A DNA stretch of 64,000 nt from Octopus vulgaris (Eukaryota). The position numbers and the translations under genes are program-made. Shown piece after piece: positions 38,862 through 52,778 of this stretch. Every line of letters starts with the position of its first letter. Position 1 is the first letter of the stretch. Under the pieces are notes generated by a model. The model had not been told where the DNA came from. It worked only from the letters and a program-made list of their open reading frames with translations, and ran no database searches. Location: positions 135,532,001 to 135,596,000 of the forward strand of contig OX597815.1 of NCBI GenBank assembly GCA_951406725.2, in the 5' to 3' direction.

Positions 38862-40585
38862 TTAAAAATGCCTTGCGATTTGGAGGATAATGATACGGCA
38901 TTCTGTAATGTTGTTGTCGTTGATGGTATTAATAGAGGTGGTCGTTTTCATGGAGTCTTTATTTTTTCCTTTTATATTTTCTTATTTGGTTTTAAGCCAG
39001 GTCAACCACGATAAAATACAGTATTACTAAGACTACAATACCCTGTAATTCGCAAACACGCTTCTACCTCTGGTCCGTTGGCATGCTGTTTCCTCTCTAC
39101 ATTTTCTGTTGTAATGGGCTTTGTTCCACTCAGATATTCCCATTCCACTTATTTCTCCGTCTATCATCATCCTTTTTTGTATCCATCCAGCTGCCGCATA
39201 GTCATTCCTTCCCAGAGCTCTGGCCCTCTGGAGCTCTCTTCGTGCTCGTATTTTCCCGCCGCCGCTGTTGATTTACAAAGGTTCAAGAACTTTTGCCTCA
39301 TCAAGTTAAGAGAGCCTGCAAAGGCCATGGCCTCTTTTCTCCACACACAGTAAGTAACAACAAAAAAAAAAAAATGAGAAAGTGATGAAGGAAATTTGGC
39401 TGCAATCTCAACAGGATCGAAAGAGATAAAAGCATTCTTGAGTGGAGGCCTACAATAGTCGAACTGATTATATGCATTACTTACTGTTGTTGCTTGGTTC
39501 CAGGCCACCTGTTCTGATTGGGCAGACCTACGATCAAAGACATTAACACTGGATCATCCCATCTTATTCTTGTATATAGATTACCCAAGCCCACATAATC
39601 CAATATATCGTTTTCTAAGACGCTAAGGTGTTATTTGCAGCAATTTGTCAGTTACATTTAGCAAGTAGAGCGATCATGCAGCGGTTCTCTCGTTGGTTTG
39701 GTTATGTCAGAAGCTGGATTAGAAAGTAAAATGTTTTTTTTTTTATTTTTGTGTTTTTGTTAGGGTGGGACGATAATATAAAAATGACTCGTACATATTA
39801 TAAATGCTTACATTTAAAAGTATTTGAATGCATCTGTTTATACAATAGGGTGTGAGAGCGTATCTGTAAATATGTGCGTTTGTAAACTTGTAGATACCCA
39901 GCATGAACCAGAGATACATAGAAACATAGAAAGAAAGAAAATGTTGTAGTGAAATTGAGAGAGAGAGAGAGAGAGAGAGACGGGTGTATGTGTGTGTGTG
40001 TGTGCCGTATCTCTTATAAGGAAAATCCATAATATAGACATCCCAAAATGTGTAAGAATGTATGTATGTATGCATGTATATATGTTCGTACAGACGTATG
40101 TAAACAAGCAAGTATGCACCAGTTTCAGACTGTCTTTCTACCAGTTTGTTCGACACGCCAGTTTTGTTTTTCTTGGTATTGAAATTTCCATCCATTTTTA
40201 TAAAGGAAACAGACTAAAAGCAAATGTTAACAACAGTTAAATTAAAACTACAAAACTGTATTTACTAGCATGGGGAGAAATGTGATCTTTGTAAGCAGAC
40301 AAAATGGCAACTACAAAATTGTTCCGAGCGAAGTTATAAATCAACTCGAGCCTCTTTGGTTGTTCGAAACACGTTTTACATACAGAAGAGATCGGAAGAA
40401 TTTTGGCCAAATAGAAATTAGCATAATTAAAAGAATATAATGAACTTCGGGAACTAACATAGCCGGGCCATTAAAAGAACTTAGGTAAATCAGCTGCTGT
40501 CCGGTGTGAAATTTTGAGTAATAGGAAAGCTTGTCAACTTCACAAAACCATAACAACATTAACAACAACAACAGCAATAATAATA

Positions 40586-40661
<76 letters not shown>

Positions 40662-40717
40662 CAACAACAATAATAATACTACTGAATAATAATAATAACA
40701 ACAACAACAATAATAAA

Positions 40718-40767
<50 letters not shown>

Positions 40768-40775
40768 TAATTGAC

Positions 40776-41163
40776 CATGTCCTTAAGTGGCTGACGATAT
40801 GTGCATCTCTGACCACGAACAGAAGTAGTGGGGGAGCATCATAGCCGTATGTTGAAAGCAATTCTTAGAGGTTTGGATGATTCACCTTTGGAAACATGGG
40901 TGGTTCGTTCAACATCCTTAAACAATCCTTATTCAGGGACCTTTTGAGCGGGATGGACTACTCGACTAGATGAAAATTCAAGTGGGTCCCACCTGCAAGG
41001 TCATGCGCTGTTTATCTTGATATGAGATCACCATGTCGCGCACATTTGGTTGTGGTGTATGTGCCTGGTGTACCCTTATCAGACGGGTAGTCATGATGGG
41101 TATACTGAGTTTCGTATATTTTACCCCAGTGTCACTTTGATGGCATGTACTGCTCTCTCACTC
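40776..41163. mobile_element. Truncated copy of the AAT-associated repeat at 22201-22760
   Basis: Colinear from CATGTCC to GCTCTCTCACTC. Confidence 0.85.
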
Positions 41164-41189
41164 AATAATAAATAATAGTAATAGTAATA

Positions 41190-41255
<66 letters not shown>

Positions 41256-41315
41256 GCAACAACAACAACAACAACATTACACCAGCAAATTAGCTTCGAA
41301 AATAGTAACATTACA

Positions 41316-41352
<37 letters not shown>

Positions 41353-41451
41353 CACAACACATACCCAAGGCACACAGAGCTGCGCTCGGTAGTGAAGTGA
41401 AAGCACGCTATAAAAATAAAACTACTGAATGATAATAATAATAATAATAAT

Positions 41452-41632
41452 AACATTGAAAAAAATCTTAAGAATGAGAACCCAGGTTCGAAATTTCCCC
41501 AAGACACCTGATGAAGGCTGGAGAGAATATTAGTCGAAACGTTGTTAACAACAAAGATGAGGACAAATACCCGTCAAATGTAAATAATGTAAATAATGTA
41601 CATAATTCCTCATCTCTTAAATATAGAACTGT
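41452..41632 (+). mobile_element. Second copy of the hammerhead module of 7362-7535 (motif at 41503-41546), with a different 5' partner
   Basis: GACAC-CTGATGA-A-GGCTG..TAGTC-GAAAC-GTT; same tail CATAATTCCTCATCTCTTAAATATAGAACTG. Confidence 0.8.
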
Positions 41633-41867
41633 ATTAAACATAGATTTGTTTTGCAAGACTAAAGTATATATTAGAGTCATAACAAAAGTATTATACAATA
41701 TTGTACAAAATAAGAACCGGTTTCGCTATCGCTTTTGAGTTTTGAATGAAATTCTGAACTAGACATTTTGTTTGCTAGGGTAACCAAGGTAAAGGGGAGG
41801 GGAATCTGTAATTTTTAGTATTGGTCTATATTTGATTCTTAAAATAGTTGGAGTAAATCTTCATTTT

Positions 41868-42516
41868 TCAATATGGGCTAATATCTAATTCCGCTTTATA
41901 GTTTTCGATAAATGAGGCCTCTTTATTTAGCCGTATTTGTGTTGAGGTCCAAATAGCAAATTGATATAATGGGAAGATTAGGAATTGTAATAGCAGCTGT
42001 TCTGCACATCTGTCAATGTGTTCACTGAGATATATCTGGCGATATTGTGGGGGAAATATTTGTTGTCTGTGGACCGTACATCTCTGTCTGACAGACATTC
42101 CTGTAGACCCTATATAGTTTTTATGGCAGCCCGAGCTGTTGATTAAATAAATGAAGTTTTCAGATGCGCCAGTGAAGTTGGATTTCATTTTGAATATTTG
42201 CCCTTATCTAATATGAAATTCTGACCCTTCCAAAAGATTGGGACATGTTCCGCAGTAAGGCCGACCACATTTTTTTACTCTTGCGTCTGTTACTCTTGAG
42301 AATAATTTAGCATTTGTGAGGATCTTCTTTAATGTGTCTGATTGTTTACTGCTTTTAATGATTTTACGGGTACGTAGAATTTCTTCCAGTTTGAGGTCAT
42401 TATGGAGTATTGGGAGATTTTGGACAATGATGTTAAATGCTTCTTTGTTTCTGGAGTTGCATGTGGAAACATAAGGTAGTGTTTTCAGAGTAGGTGTGTT
42501 ATTGTGTTCGACTTTT
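41868..42516 (-). mobile_element. Penelope-like element GIY-YIG endonuclease remnant
   Basis: KCGRPYCGTC linker, then NFIYLINSSGCHKNYIGST..R..VHRQQI..LSEHIDRC..RLNKEASFI. Confidence 0.85.
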
Positions 42517-42577
<61 letters not shown>

Positions 42578-42581
<4 letters not shown>

Positions 42582-42731
42582 GACGTACTTCCTTGAGTTT
42601 CCGTCTACCAAATCCACTCACAAGGCTTTGGTCGACTCGAAGCTACAGTAAAAGACACTTGCCTAAGGTGCCATGGAATGGGACTGAACCCGGAACCATG
42701 TGGTCGGGAAGCAAGCTTCTTACCACACCAC
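42578..42731 (-). mobile_element. CORE-like SINE head fragment
   Basis: GGGACTGAACCCGGAACCATGTGG. Confidence 0.8.
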
Positions 42732-43417
42732 TATGTATTTGTATATATAAATATATTTGTATGTATGTATGTATCAGTCACACCTACAATTAAAGGCTTT
42801 CCAGCCATGACTATCATGTTTTACATTTGAACACCATATCACGAGGACTCGATAATCATTTAGTTTTTAAGATTGTGTTTACGGCGACAGTTCACTGTAT
42901 TTGCTAACGAGTGGTACCTCCACATAAAACTTCACTCAGGCCGACCATAGCCTTGTTAGTGGATTTTAGAGCGAAAGAAGCCCGCTGTGTATGTGTGTTT
43001 GTGATTTAATTTTTGCCAGCGGCGCTAGACGACCGGTACTGGTCCGTTTACGTCCCTGTAACATTGTCGTTCGCGAAGAAACTGATAGAATAAGTGCTGG
43101 GCTTAAAAAAATAGTCCTGGGGTCGGTTTGCTCAACTGAAATTCCTTCAGAGTGGTACTCCAGTATGACCACAGTGGAACGACTCGAATAATAAAAATAA
43201 AAACTAATAACAAACTTCTCATCGCGCAATCAGGCCAAAACTTTAAAATTCAAGCCCATAACCAACGAGTTTGTCTTTCACAATTTGTTAAATATGGAAT
43301 TTAATGATCCTACTTTCGAATCTTGCTCGGCCACTTTTCAAACTCTATTAAAACCATTATGATTTTCTAAATTTATTAAACCCTTACGCTTTTTTAAATT
43401 TACAAATGTGCAAATAT

Positions 43418-43745
43418 AGGCTCAAGCGTGGGTGAGTGGTAAGAAGTTTACTTTCCAACCACATGGTTCCACGTTCACTCCTACTGCGTGTCACCTTGGG
43501 CAAGTGTCTTCTGCTATAGCCTCGGGCCGACCAAAGCCTTGTGAGTGGATTTGGCAGACGGAAACTGAAAGAAGCCTGTTTTATGTGTGTGTGTATCTGT
43601 GTTTGTCCCCCACCATCGCTTGACAACCGATGTTGGTGTGTCTACATCCCCGCAACATAGTGATTCAGCAAAAGAGACCGCTAGAATAAGTACTAGGCTT
43701 ACAAAGAATAAGTCCTGGGGACCAAAGTGAAATGACTGAAACAAA
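43418..43745 (+). mobile_element. CORE-like SINE (a further partial copy lies at ~42938-43200)
   Basis: CACCTTGGGCAAGTGTCTTCTGCTATAGCCTCGGG. Confidence 0.8.
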
Positions 43746-44680
43746 TAAATGAATAAAAGAATATATTTTCGAGACATTATGGTTAAATTTGTTGCAATAA
43801 TAGATTTTGAAGTGTATGCTGGTATAAGGTATAGGTGTAGCTGGAGATTATACATTTTACATTTATGTAAAGTTTAAGTTATAGGACATTATATAGGATA
43901 CTTGCAATATGTATACTGCAAGAAATTGAGAAGTCTTCTGTGGAATAAAGATGGATTAGTAAAGATAATCATAAAAATACATATGCATGAACCAAGAATT
44001 GAGAAGAAAACTGTAGATACCGCAATAACATTAACTTAACTACCACTCTATAGTTTTTATGGTGATCAAATGACTATATAATAGTATTCATAAAATGTAA
44101 GATATTGCAATATAGTCTAGGCGAAGAAAATCAAAGCCTTCATTAAAATTAATAATGTCAAAAAGTACGCAAGATAATACAGTGAAACAATGTTAAAAGT
44201 ACAGCGACTTAAGCTTGGAGAATAATGATAAAACGAAGATATGCCCGCTTTTGGAGAGTTAGTACGAAAAGGGACACGAGAAACAAGAAAATATGTATAC
44301 AAAATTAAAAAAATTAAAATTACAAAATGAAATCTGCATAATTGCAAATAGATACGTGTAACAGCAAATATGCGTATTCATCAAGAAAATTTCCATTTAA
44401 GTGCATGTGTTCAGATATGACTACATGTAACTGCATAAATGAAATGTAATTAAAAATATAAAATCAAAATAAGGGAACGACGTTAAGTATTAAGTTAAAT
44501 ATAGAGCAGAAATCCTTAAGCTTATACATCTAGTAAATAAATACGCATAAATATACATGAGAAGGGGGCATGCATGAGAGCAACATTAAAATTATTTAAA
44601 TGCAAACATGTAAAAGTAAATATAATTAAATATGAACATACATGATAATATACAAGTTGTGTGTGTACGGTGTGTCACAC

Positions 44681-44716
<36 letters not shown>

Positions 44717-44738
44717 TGTGTATATATATATATATGTT

Positions 44739-44791
<53 letters not shown>

Positions 44792-45339
44792 TATATATAA
44801 TACGTGCCACACACACACGCATGTGGTCATTCATTGTAATTCAAAAGTCTCCAATCTTTAGCATTAATACATATCTAATGACAATCGAGTTTAACTGAGG
44901 TTAGTTGAGTTACATAAGCATCGTCTCCACCTCTCTATCACTATCTCCGTCTCCCACCGTCTCCTCATCTTGCTTCACTTATCTCCCCATTGTATTCATT
45001 AATCCATATGACTTCGGTTCCCTCGTAGATTACCAGGGATTAGGGATTCCAGAATTGTTGATCAACTACCTTGTCGTTTATCTGCAAGCCGTAGGAGCAG
45101 ATAATGTGGGTTAATTAAACAGGCCTATCATCATCTTGCGCGATTTTAGGAGAATAAATATTGTTTCATCCACTGACGATGATAGATTTCCTTGAGATAT
45201 ATAATAGTACGTATGCGAATAGATATTTACAGTAGAATAACAAAGATAATATTAAAATATATATATATATAAAATCAAAATTGTAAGGAAATGAGTACTT
45301 TATACATCCGTTAAATGCTAAATGCATTTCTGAATTACC

Positions 45340-45370
<31 letters not shown>

Positions 45371-45539
45371 AATTGAGATAGGGGTTGTAAATGCAACCCT
45401 CCATGGGATAACATATATCCAATATAATGCTAGTGAAGTACCCAACAAAGTTAATACATAAATGTTAAGAATTGCGATGCAATTAATTCATTTACTGTAT
45501 TATACGGGCAAAGGTAAAATGTTTTACCACAAATTCATA

Positions 45540-46038
45540 ATACAAAATAAGAAAATGGAGAAATACACCCAAATCAAATATCAACTACCAGATAATACCC
45601 AATCACATACTTTATTAAACCACTACATAAGAAACTTTAAGATCAAACATAATAATATAGAACAAAACAGTGTACATAAAGGAGTGTACATAAAGGAGTA
45701 ATATGATACAATAAGTACAATATGTATATGTCTCATTTATAACTACATATTGACCTACCACACATGGCTAATATAAGTAAAATGAGACATACTTATCTGC
45801 ATGGCCGAAACAGCTGTAAGATGTAGTTTATATTTATATTTATATTTATTTATATTTATATTCTCTTATACATATTGTACTTAGTGTATCATATTACTCC
45901 TTTATGTACACTGTTTTTTGTTCTATATTATTATGTTTGACTTTAAAGTTTCTTATGTAGTGGTTTAATAAAGTATGTGATTGGGTATTATCTGGTAGTT
46001 GATATTTGATTTGGATGTATTTCTCCATTTTCTTATTT

Positions 46039-46043
<5 letters not shown>
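45540..46043. mobile_element. Fold-back element, arms ~45540-45728 / ~45867-46043, with a degenerate hammerhead in the loop
   Basis: Long inverted repeat; loop contains AACTACAT...GGCC-GAAAC-AGCT-GTA-AGATGTAGTT. Confidence 0.8.
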
Positions 46044-46087
<44 letters not shown>

Positions 46088-46222
46088 ATTAATCAGCCGA
46101 AATTTGCTATGATGATCCGGTTCCTGACTGAAGATTAACGGCTTCGAATGACCCGTCCGTTTTTTGTGTTCGACTCTTTGAGTATTTCACGTTCTTGTCC
46201 CTTTTTATATATAATTTTTATA

Positions 46223-46289
<67 letters not shown>

Positions 46290-46293
<4 letters not shown>

Positions 46294-46440
46294 GAAATTC
46301 ACAGTAAAAAGACAGGTGTATAAACAATAAGCCGGTGTATTAATTAGTTTGACACTCGGGTAAGTGAGAAAGCCTTTTACGTTTCGAGCCTATGCTTTCC
46401 AACAGAAAGGAACACGAGGAAATAAAGAAAGAGAGAATTA
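46290..46440 (-). mobile_element. PLE terminal-repeat-like fragment with hammerhead-like motif (46374-46409)
   Basis: Reverse complement CTTT-CTGTTGG-A-AAGC-ATAG-GCTC-GAAAC-GTA-AAAG; homologous to 3370-3537. Confidence 0.55.
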
Positions 46441-46492
46441 AACCCCCCCCAAAAAAACTTGTGGATTTAGCGGACACAATCATATACATATA

Positions 46493-46651
46493 TGTGGCTG
46501 TATGCTATGAAGCTTTCTTTCAAACCACATGGTTCCGGCCTCAGTCCTACTGCGAGGCACCTTGGGCAGGTACCTTCAGCTATAGTCACGGGCCAACAAA
46601 AGCCTTGTGAGAGGATTTGGTAGACGGAAACTGAAAGAAGCTCGTCGTATA

Positions 46652-46738
<87 letters not shown>

Positions 46739-46942
46739 TGTGTGTGTGTGTGTCTGGATTTGCCCTCCACCATCGCTTGACAACCAATGTTGGTGTCCTT
46801 ACGTCCCCGTAACTTAGCGGTGCGGCATGAGAGACCGATAGAATATGTACTAGGCTTACAAAGAATAAGTCCAGGGGTCGATTTGTTCGACTAAAGGCGG
46901 TGCTCCAGCATGGCCACAGTCTGAAACAAGTAAAAGATAAAA

Positions 46943-46945
<3 letters not shown>
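46493..46945 (+). mobile_element. CORE-like SINE with expanded CA tract
   Basis: CACCTTGGGCAGG..AAGAATAAGTCCAGGGGTCGATTTG. Confidence 0.85.
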
Positions 46946-46989
<44 letters not shown>

Positions 46990-47131
46990 TACACATTTAT
47001 ATAAACGTGTCTTTGGAGAGTCATTACACCAATAATAACACGCACCGGTCAATTCCATTTCTGTATTGTTAGTCAACTGGTAAAATATCTAACCAACTAA
47101 GCCAGTGTTTGTTTAATACGCTTGTCAAACA

Positions 47132-47540
47132 AGGCAGTGAGCTGGCAGAAACGTTAGCACGCCGGGCGAAATGCTTAGCGGTATTTCGTCTGCTACTACG
47201 TTCTGAATTCAAATTCTGCCGAGGTCGACTTTGCCTTTCATCCTTTTGGGGTTGATAATTTAAGTACCACTTACGCACTGGGGTCGATATAATCAACTTA
47301 ATCCGTTTGTCTGTCCTTGTTTGTCCTCACTGTGTTTAGCCCCTTGTGGGTAGTAAAGAAATAGAAATAGGTATTTCGTCTGTCTTTTATGCTCTGAGTT
47401 CAAATTCCGCCAAGGCCAACTTTGCCTTTCATCCTTTTGGGGTCGATAAATTAAGTACCAGTTACGTACTGGAGTCGATCTAATCGATTTGCTCCCTCCC
47501 ACAAAATTTCGGTCCTTGTGCATAGAGTAGAAAATAATAT
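47132..47540 (+). mobile_element. Nin-like SINE, tandem units
   Basis: Same structure as 33000-33403. Confidence 0.85.
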
Positions 47541-48088
47541 GCTTGTCAAACTAGCAACCGGCTTTTAGTCAGTCGAAGTTCTTTCATCACTGTTGTGACC
47601 TTTTCGTTGACTTAGTGACTTTGCCTCTCGCTCTAAGGTCTCCAAGGTCTGCTCTGAGTTTATCTGAGAACTGTTCTTATGTCTGTGTGTATGCATGCTC
47701 GTATGTGTGTAAGCAGATGCATGCTTGTATGTGTGCTTGCTTAGAAGAGGAGGTAAGCGTGAGAGTAAACGAAAAGTTTGTGTGCGCGTGTGTACGTGCA
47801 CGTGCGTGTGGACACCGCGTTACTGCTTCTATGTGTGTTTGTGGGTGTGTGTATGTACACTCGCCATCCATGATCTGTTAAAGAGTTCGGCCTTTTGAGC
47901 TAGGTCAGTTCAGTCTCAGATCTGCTGAAGATTTATGAGTGTTGGGTGTAGTTCTTTATGTGTGTGTGTGTATGTGTGTGTGTGAGCATGCATTTGCGCG
48001 CATGCGTATGAGTGTGCAGTTCAGTGTGCGTGTTCATGTGGCTGAGTCGGTTGCGGGTGTATATGTTCGTATGTGTGAATATATGTAT

Positions 48089-48317
48089 TTCTTTACTGCT
48101 CACAAGGGGCTAAACATAGAGGGGACAAACAAGGACAGACGAAGGGATTAAGTCGATTATATCGACCCTAGTGCGAAACTGGTATTTTATTTATCAACTC
48201 CGAAAGGATGAAAGTCAAAGTCGACCTCGGCGGAATTTGAACTCAGTACGTAACGACAGACGAAATACCGCTAAGCATTTCGCCCGACGTGCTAACGTTT
48301 CTGCCAGCTCGCCGCCT
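48089..48317 (-). mobile_element. Nin-like SINE
   Basis: Reverse complement of the 8739-8968 type. Confidence 0.85.
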
Positions 48318-49185
48318 TATATGTGTGAATATATGAGTGTATTCCAGCATGTGTGCATGCGTGTGTATGTGTGTGTGCGTGTGTGGATGTGTGTCTGCTT
48401 GAACGTGTGGTGTGGTGGATTTTTTAAATAGTTAACCATCGATGAGTATGCTTGTGGGTGTGCGTACGTGCTCCTACGTACCTATGTGAGCACACTTCTG
48501 TACGCGTGTGCCTATGCATATCTGTGAGTGTCTATGCGTACTTGTACATGCATGGTGTGTGTGTGTGTGCCCTTGTGTTCCCCTGTATACGTGTGTATTT
48601 ATGTATGAGTGCGTGTGCGTATCCGTCCATTCGTGCACGTGGCTTTGTGTGATAGTGTGATTGTGTATAGGAACTGTCTATGGCTATATGTATTTATTCG
48701 TGTTAATTCCCTTGTATTCTTCTGTCATTTTCCCTACCTTATCTATACCTACCTATGTCTACATGTGTGCAAACACGCTTGCGTGGATGTGTAAGGATGT
48801 GTTGTGGAATTGTACATATTTACATGTATCTATTTGCCTGGATTTACATGTATTCTGCTGTCGTCCTAACCCTACCCTTAATATACCTGCCTATACCACC
48901 ACATATCTGCATACCTATCTATACGGGTGCACCCATGTGTGCAGATTGCATGGGCAGTTAACTGACGTTGAATTTCTACTACCTACTATGTAGATATTCT
49001 ATTCAGTATTGGTAATGTCTCGTTTATGAGGACATTCTCGCGTATTTGTCTAAGCGATAAGTCTCTTGGGTATTTAGACACAATATCGATGTTAATTCCG
49101 CATAGCATTTTCCATATTGGTCTCTGGCATGCAGATAAAGGATGGACGACCGTTTCCTGTCATTATACTCCTATTACTATTTATT

Positions 49186-49258
<73 letters not shown>

Positions 49259-49957
49259 ATATTTAATACGTACGAGTACTCTCAGACGTGAGAAGACCTT
49301 TCACTGCGGAAATAATCCTGGTAGAAAATTATGCTCATAGACAGTATATGTGAAAACAGCCTTGTGCTATGGATGACATCGTCGGACCATAGGCCATACG
49401 CATTTCAGCGTCCTTACGCTTCCTCAGTTATGAATACCGAATCAGTCATTCATGGCCCTCTAAGAAGAGATGCTCGCGTATATAAAAGCAGAAAATAGTA
49501 CATTTGCTGATGCGCGCAAAGCCTGGTCAAGCTGGAATTAATTAACTAGCCTTGTACGTAGCTGGTGAAGCACAACGACGCAGAAACGCCTGCGTCCTAC
49601 GTTCGAATGACATCATTGATAGCCCGACGATGTGTATACAACGCTGTTCCTTGTGACTAGTTAATTCATTTCTGTTTGACTAAGCTTCAAATATACGCAA
49701 ATGTAAGATTAGCCATTCCTAGAGGTCTATGAATGGCAAATAAATGACAACTGCGCATAAAACGTATGCGTTCTAAAGTATAATAACGCCATTCATAGTT
49801 CTATGGTGTATTTTCACATATATTGTTTATAAGGGAAATTACATCTCAAAACCGCTTCCACAGCAAAAGGAAATTCTACGTCCGAATATACAACTTGAAC
49901 GTGTAAAATATGATAGCACACACTCTTATATTTCATTCAATGCTGTTTTGCGTATCC

Positions 49958-50005
<48 letters not shown>

Positions 50006-51675
50006 GAAAACAATGTTGTTCCTCATAACCTTAGCAAAGCATGTGACTGTCTTGTTCAGAATGCAGATATAGCTAAAACTCTGCTTATGGGCTACATCAT
50101 TTCTTGGTCCTTAGATGAGAGGTTACCTGTCAGACCTCCAGCATCGCGATACTTACTGAAGGAGATCTCTCTTGTTTTGCTGCACATTTACAGCCTAGTT
50201 GCTACCAACTCTAACAGTACCCGATCCTATTCGTATGAAAGTACTCTTCTATCTTCTGTAATCCTCTGCACTCATATGTCATACACAAGCAAGTAACTTA
50301 TATACTTGTTTCTAAACATGCCCTGATGCTTTGAAGAGAACTCTCTAAAATGTTCCCCACTGAGTTTCATGTCAACCTTGTTTTCTTCATTATAGAAAAT
50401 ACACACTCACTACATTTATCAAGAAAGATATATTACACTCTCCAATAAATATGCGATTAGATCCGTCAAAATTATGGATGCTTAATTCACTAGCACTAAT
50501 AATCTTGCCTGGCGATTTCACTGATCTTGTTTGTAGTAAAAAAATACTTCAGCTCCCAACAATTACTAACCCTAAACAAAGCTCTAGTGAGATCCACAAT
50601 ACAACTACCGCTTCTACATATTCTATTTTATTTTAATTTTTGGCTGTTACAGATATAGGCACCCCAGAGTATTTTCAAAGAATGATCACCGAATTGATTG
50701 GCATGAAATCGTTGGCTAATACACCCCAGCCTTTCACCCACATACGTACAGAGTTTCCACTCGATCTCTTCTACTATTACTACAGTGTCTCTCTCCTTCA
50801 GAGCTGACTGCTCATTTGTCGCCTCCGCTCAGGTTTTCTACTTCATACGTCACTCATATTGTGCCAATTCCAATGTGTCCCACTAACCACTTCACCCTCT
50901 CATCTCCATCCAGAAAGTACACCCTCTGGATTCTTATGTTTTCCTAGCATCTATCAGCGTTTCTTTTTCTTCTTTTCTTCTTTCTGACTGGGGAAGAGTA
51001 GTGCCTTACACCCTTAACAGAGCCTGCTCGACAACCGGAAGGAAGTTATAACCTGATCAGTGACTTAATCCGATTTTTTTGCAACAGACTCGACTCTGCT
51101 AAATGTACCCAAAGATGAGGTGGTGGTGTTAAAGCGGGCGACAGATTAAGTCTACAATATCATACTTGCATCTGTCCAAAAGCAATATTATCCACATCTG
51201 TATTACCATTTGCATGGCTTGCAAAAGGCTATGACTGCAATTCCTTTCTCTGGACAAAATACCTACAAAAATATATTGAACACGTCCTTCAAGGAATTAT
51301 TGAGTATCAAAGGTCAGATATCACTACATAATTTATCTGTGTGTTTTTTCAAAATTATGTGTAACAATTTTGCAATAAACAGATCATTTGTTGATAAAAT
51401 TTGAAAATAAATAAGTAAATAAATGTAATAAAATAAAAGAGATAGTTTTGTACCTAGCGGTGAATGGACGCCATTTTGTTGTTTGCATTATCGACTAATT
51501 TAGCCTGTGATTGATCCAATTAAATATTTCTTCGCTTGCTTGACCCTAATTAATTTCAATGAGTAATTCAGTTTTTGAAAGGCATTGTCGGAGCGTATGA
51601 ATCAGGTTGAAATTGGTTATTTAAAGAATATCATATGGAATCAAAAAACCAACTTGGTCAAACGAATGGTGAACT

Positions 51676-51714
<39 letters not shown>

Positions 51715-52114
51715 TACACATGAATGTTGGGTGGCGCATAAGTAAATCATAAATAAACAAATTTATTTTTGTTCTGTTATATAATCTAAATATGTGTAAC
51801 ATAGCCCCAAAACCTTGCCAATGGTAATTTATAGAAATCTCGTAATATATTGCAAATTGTGTTAATGAATTAGTCTGGCTAATTGCATAAGCGTTTCGAT
51901 CACTGAGACAGGGCAATTGAGATAATCTAATTTATACAAAGGTGGGAACAACCCAACCCCCTAAAAGTATCGATGAAGAAACATAGAAAAGTCGATAATC
52001 CATGGGGAGACAGAAAAATCGGGCATGGTTAATCATCTGTGATGAAAAATTGAAGTCATCACGCATCATGGAAGAAACGATGGATCATGTGTGTGTGTGT
52101 GAACAAATATCACA

Positions 52115-52153
<39 letters not shown>

Positions 52154-52307
52154 TGTCAATAATATTGTATTATATTATTCCCTTTATATATATATATATC
52201 GCTTTTAGATGCAGTTGAAGTTGGGCTTTTAGGCTTCTAGTCAACCTTGAGCACTAATTCTAGGTACATATTACTTTTTTTTTATTTGACATTATATTAC
52301 TCGAATT

Positions 52308-52350
<43 letters not shown>

Positions 52351-52733
52351 CGTTCGCGCGCATGCGTGTGTAACATGAACTGAACGTACACATTTAAATC
52401 GGACAGACAGATACACACACCTTACAAATACATAGCCATAGATTTAGTGTCTACCTTACACATACATATAAAGTCAGTCGGACGTCTACGCTTACACACA
52501 CCGAACAAACAGACGTTTCACGCACAGAGATCCGTAAATCAATTATGTATGTATGTTCACAGTGAAAAACACCGTCTAAAACAAACACAAACACAATATA
52601 CAGACTAAACGCACACACATATACATATACACCAAATAGAAACTTAACACACAAACACACACACACACACACACTTAGACTAAACTCTCTCATACACACC
52701 GTGTGTAGACTAAATATATATAACACGTGGATT

Positions 52734-52778
<45 letters not shown>

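Noticed and set aside
49260-49700. Higher-complexity stretch, possible exon
   Set aside because: No sustained ORF or convincing splice context
50030-50930. Possible RTE/LINE 3' remnants on the minus strand
   Set aside because: Too decayed to support by eye
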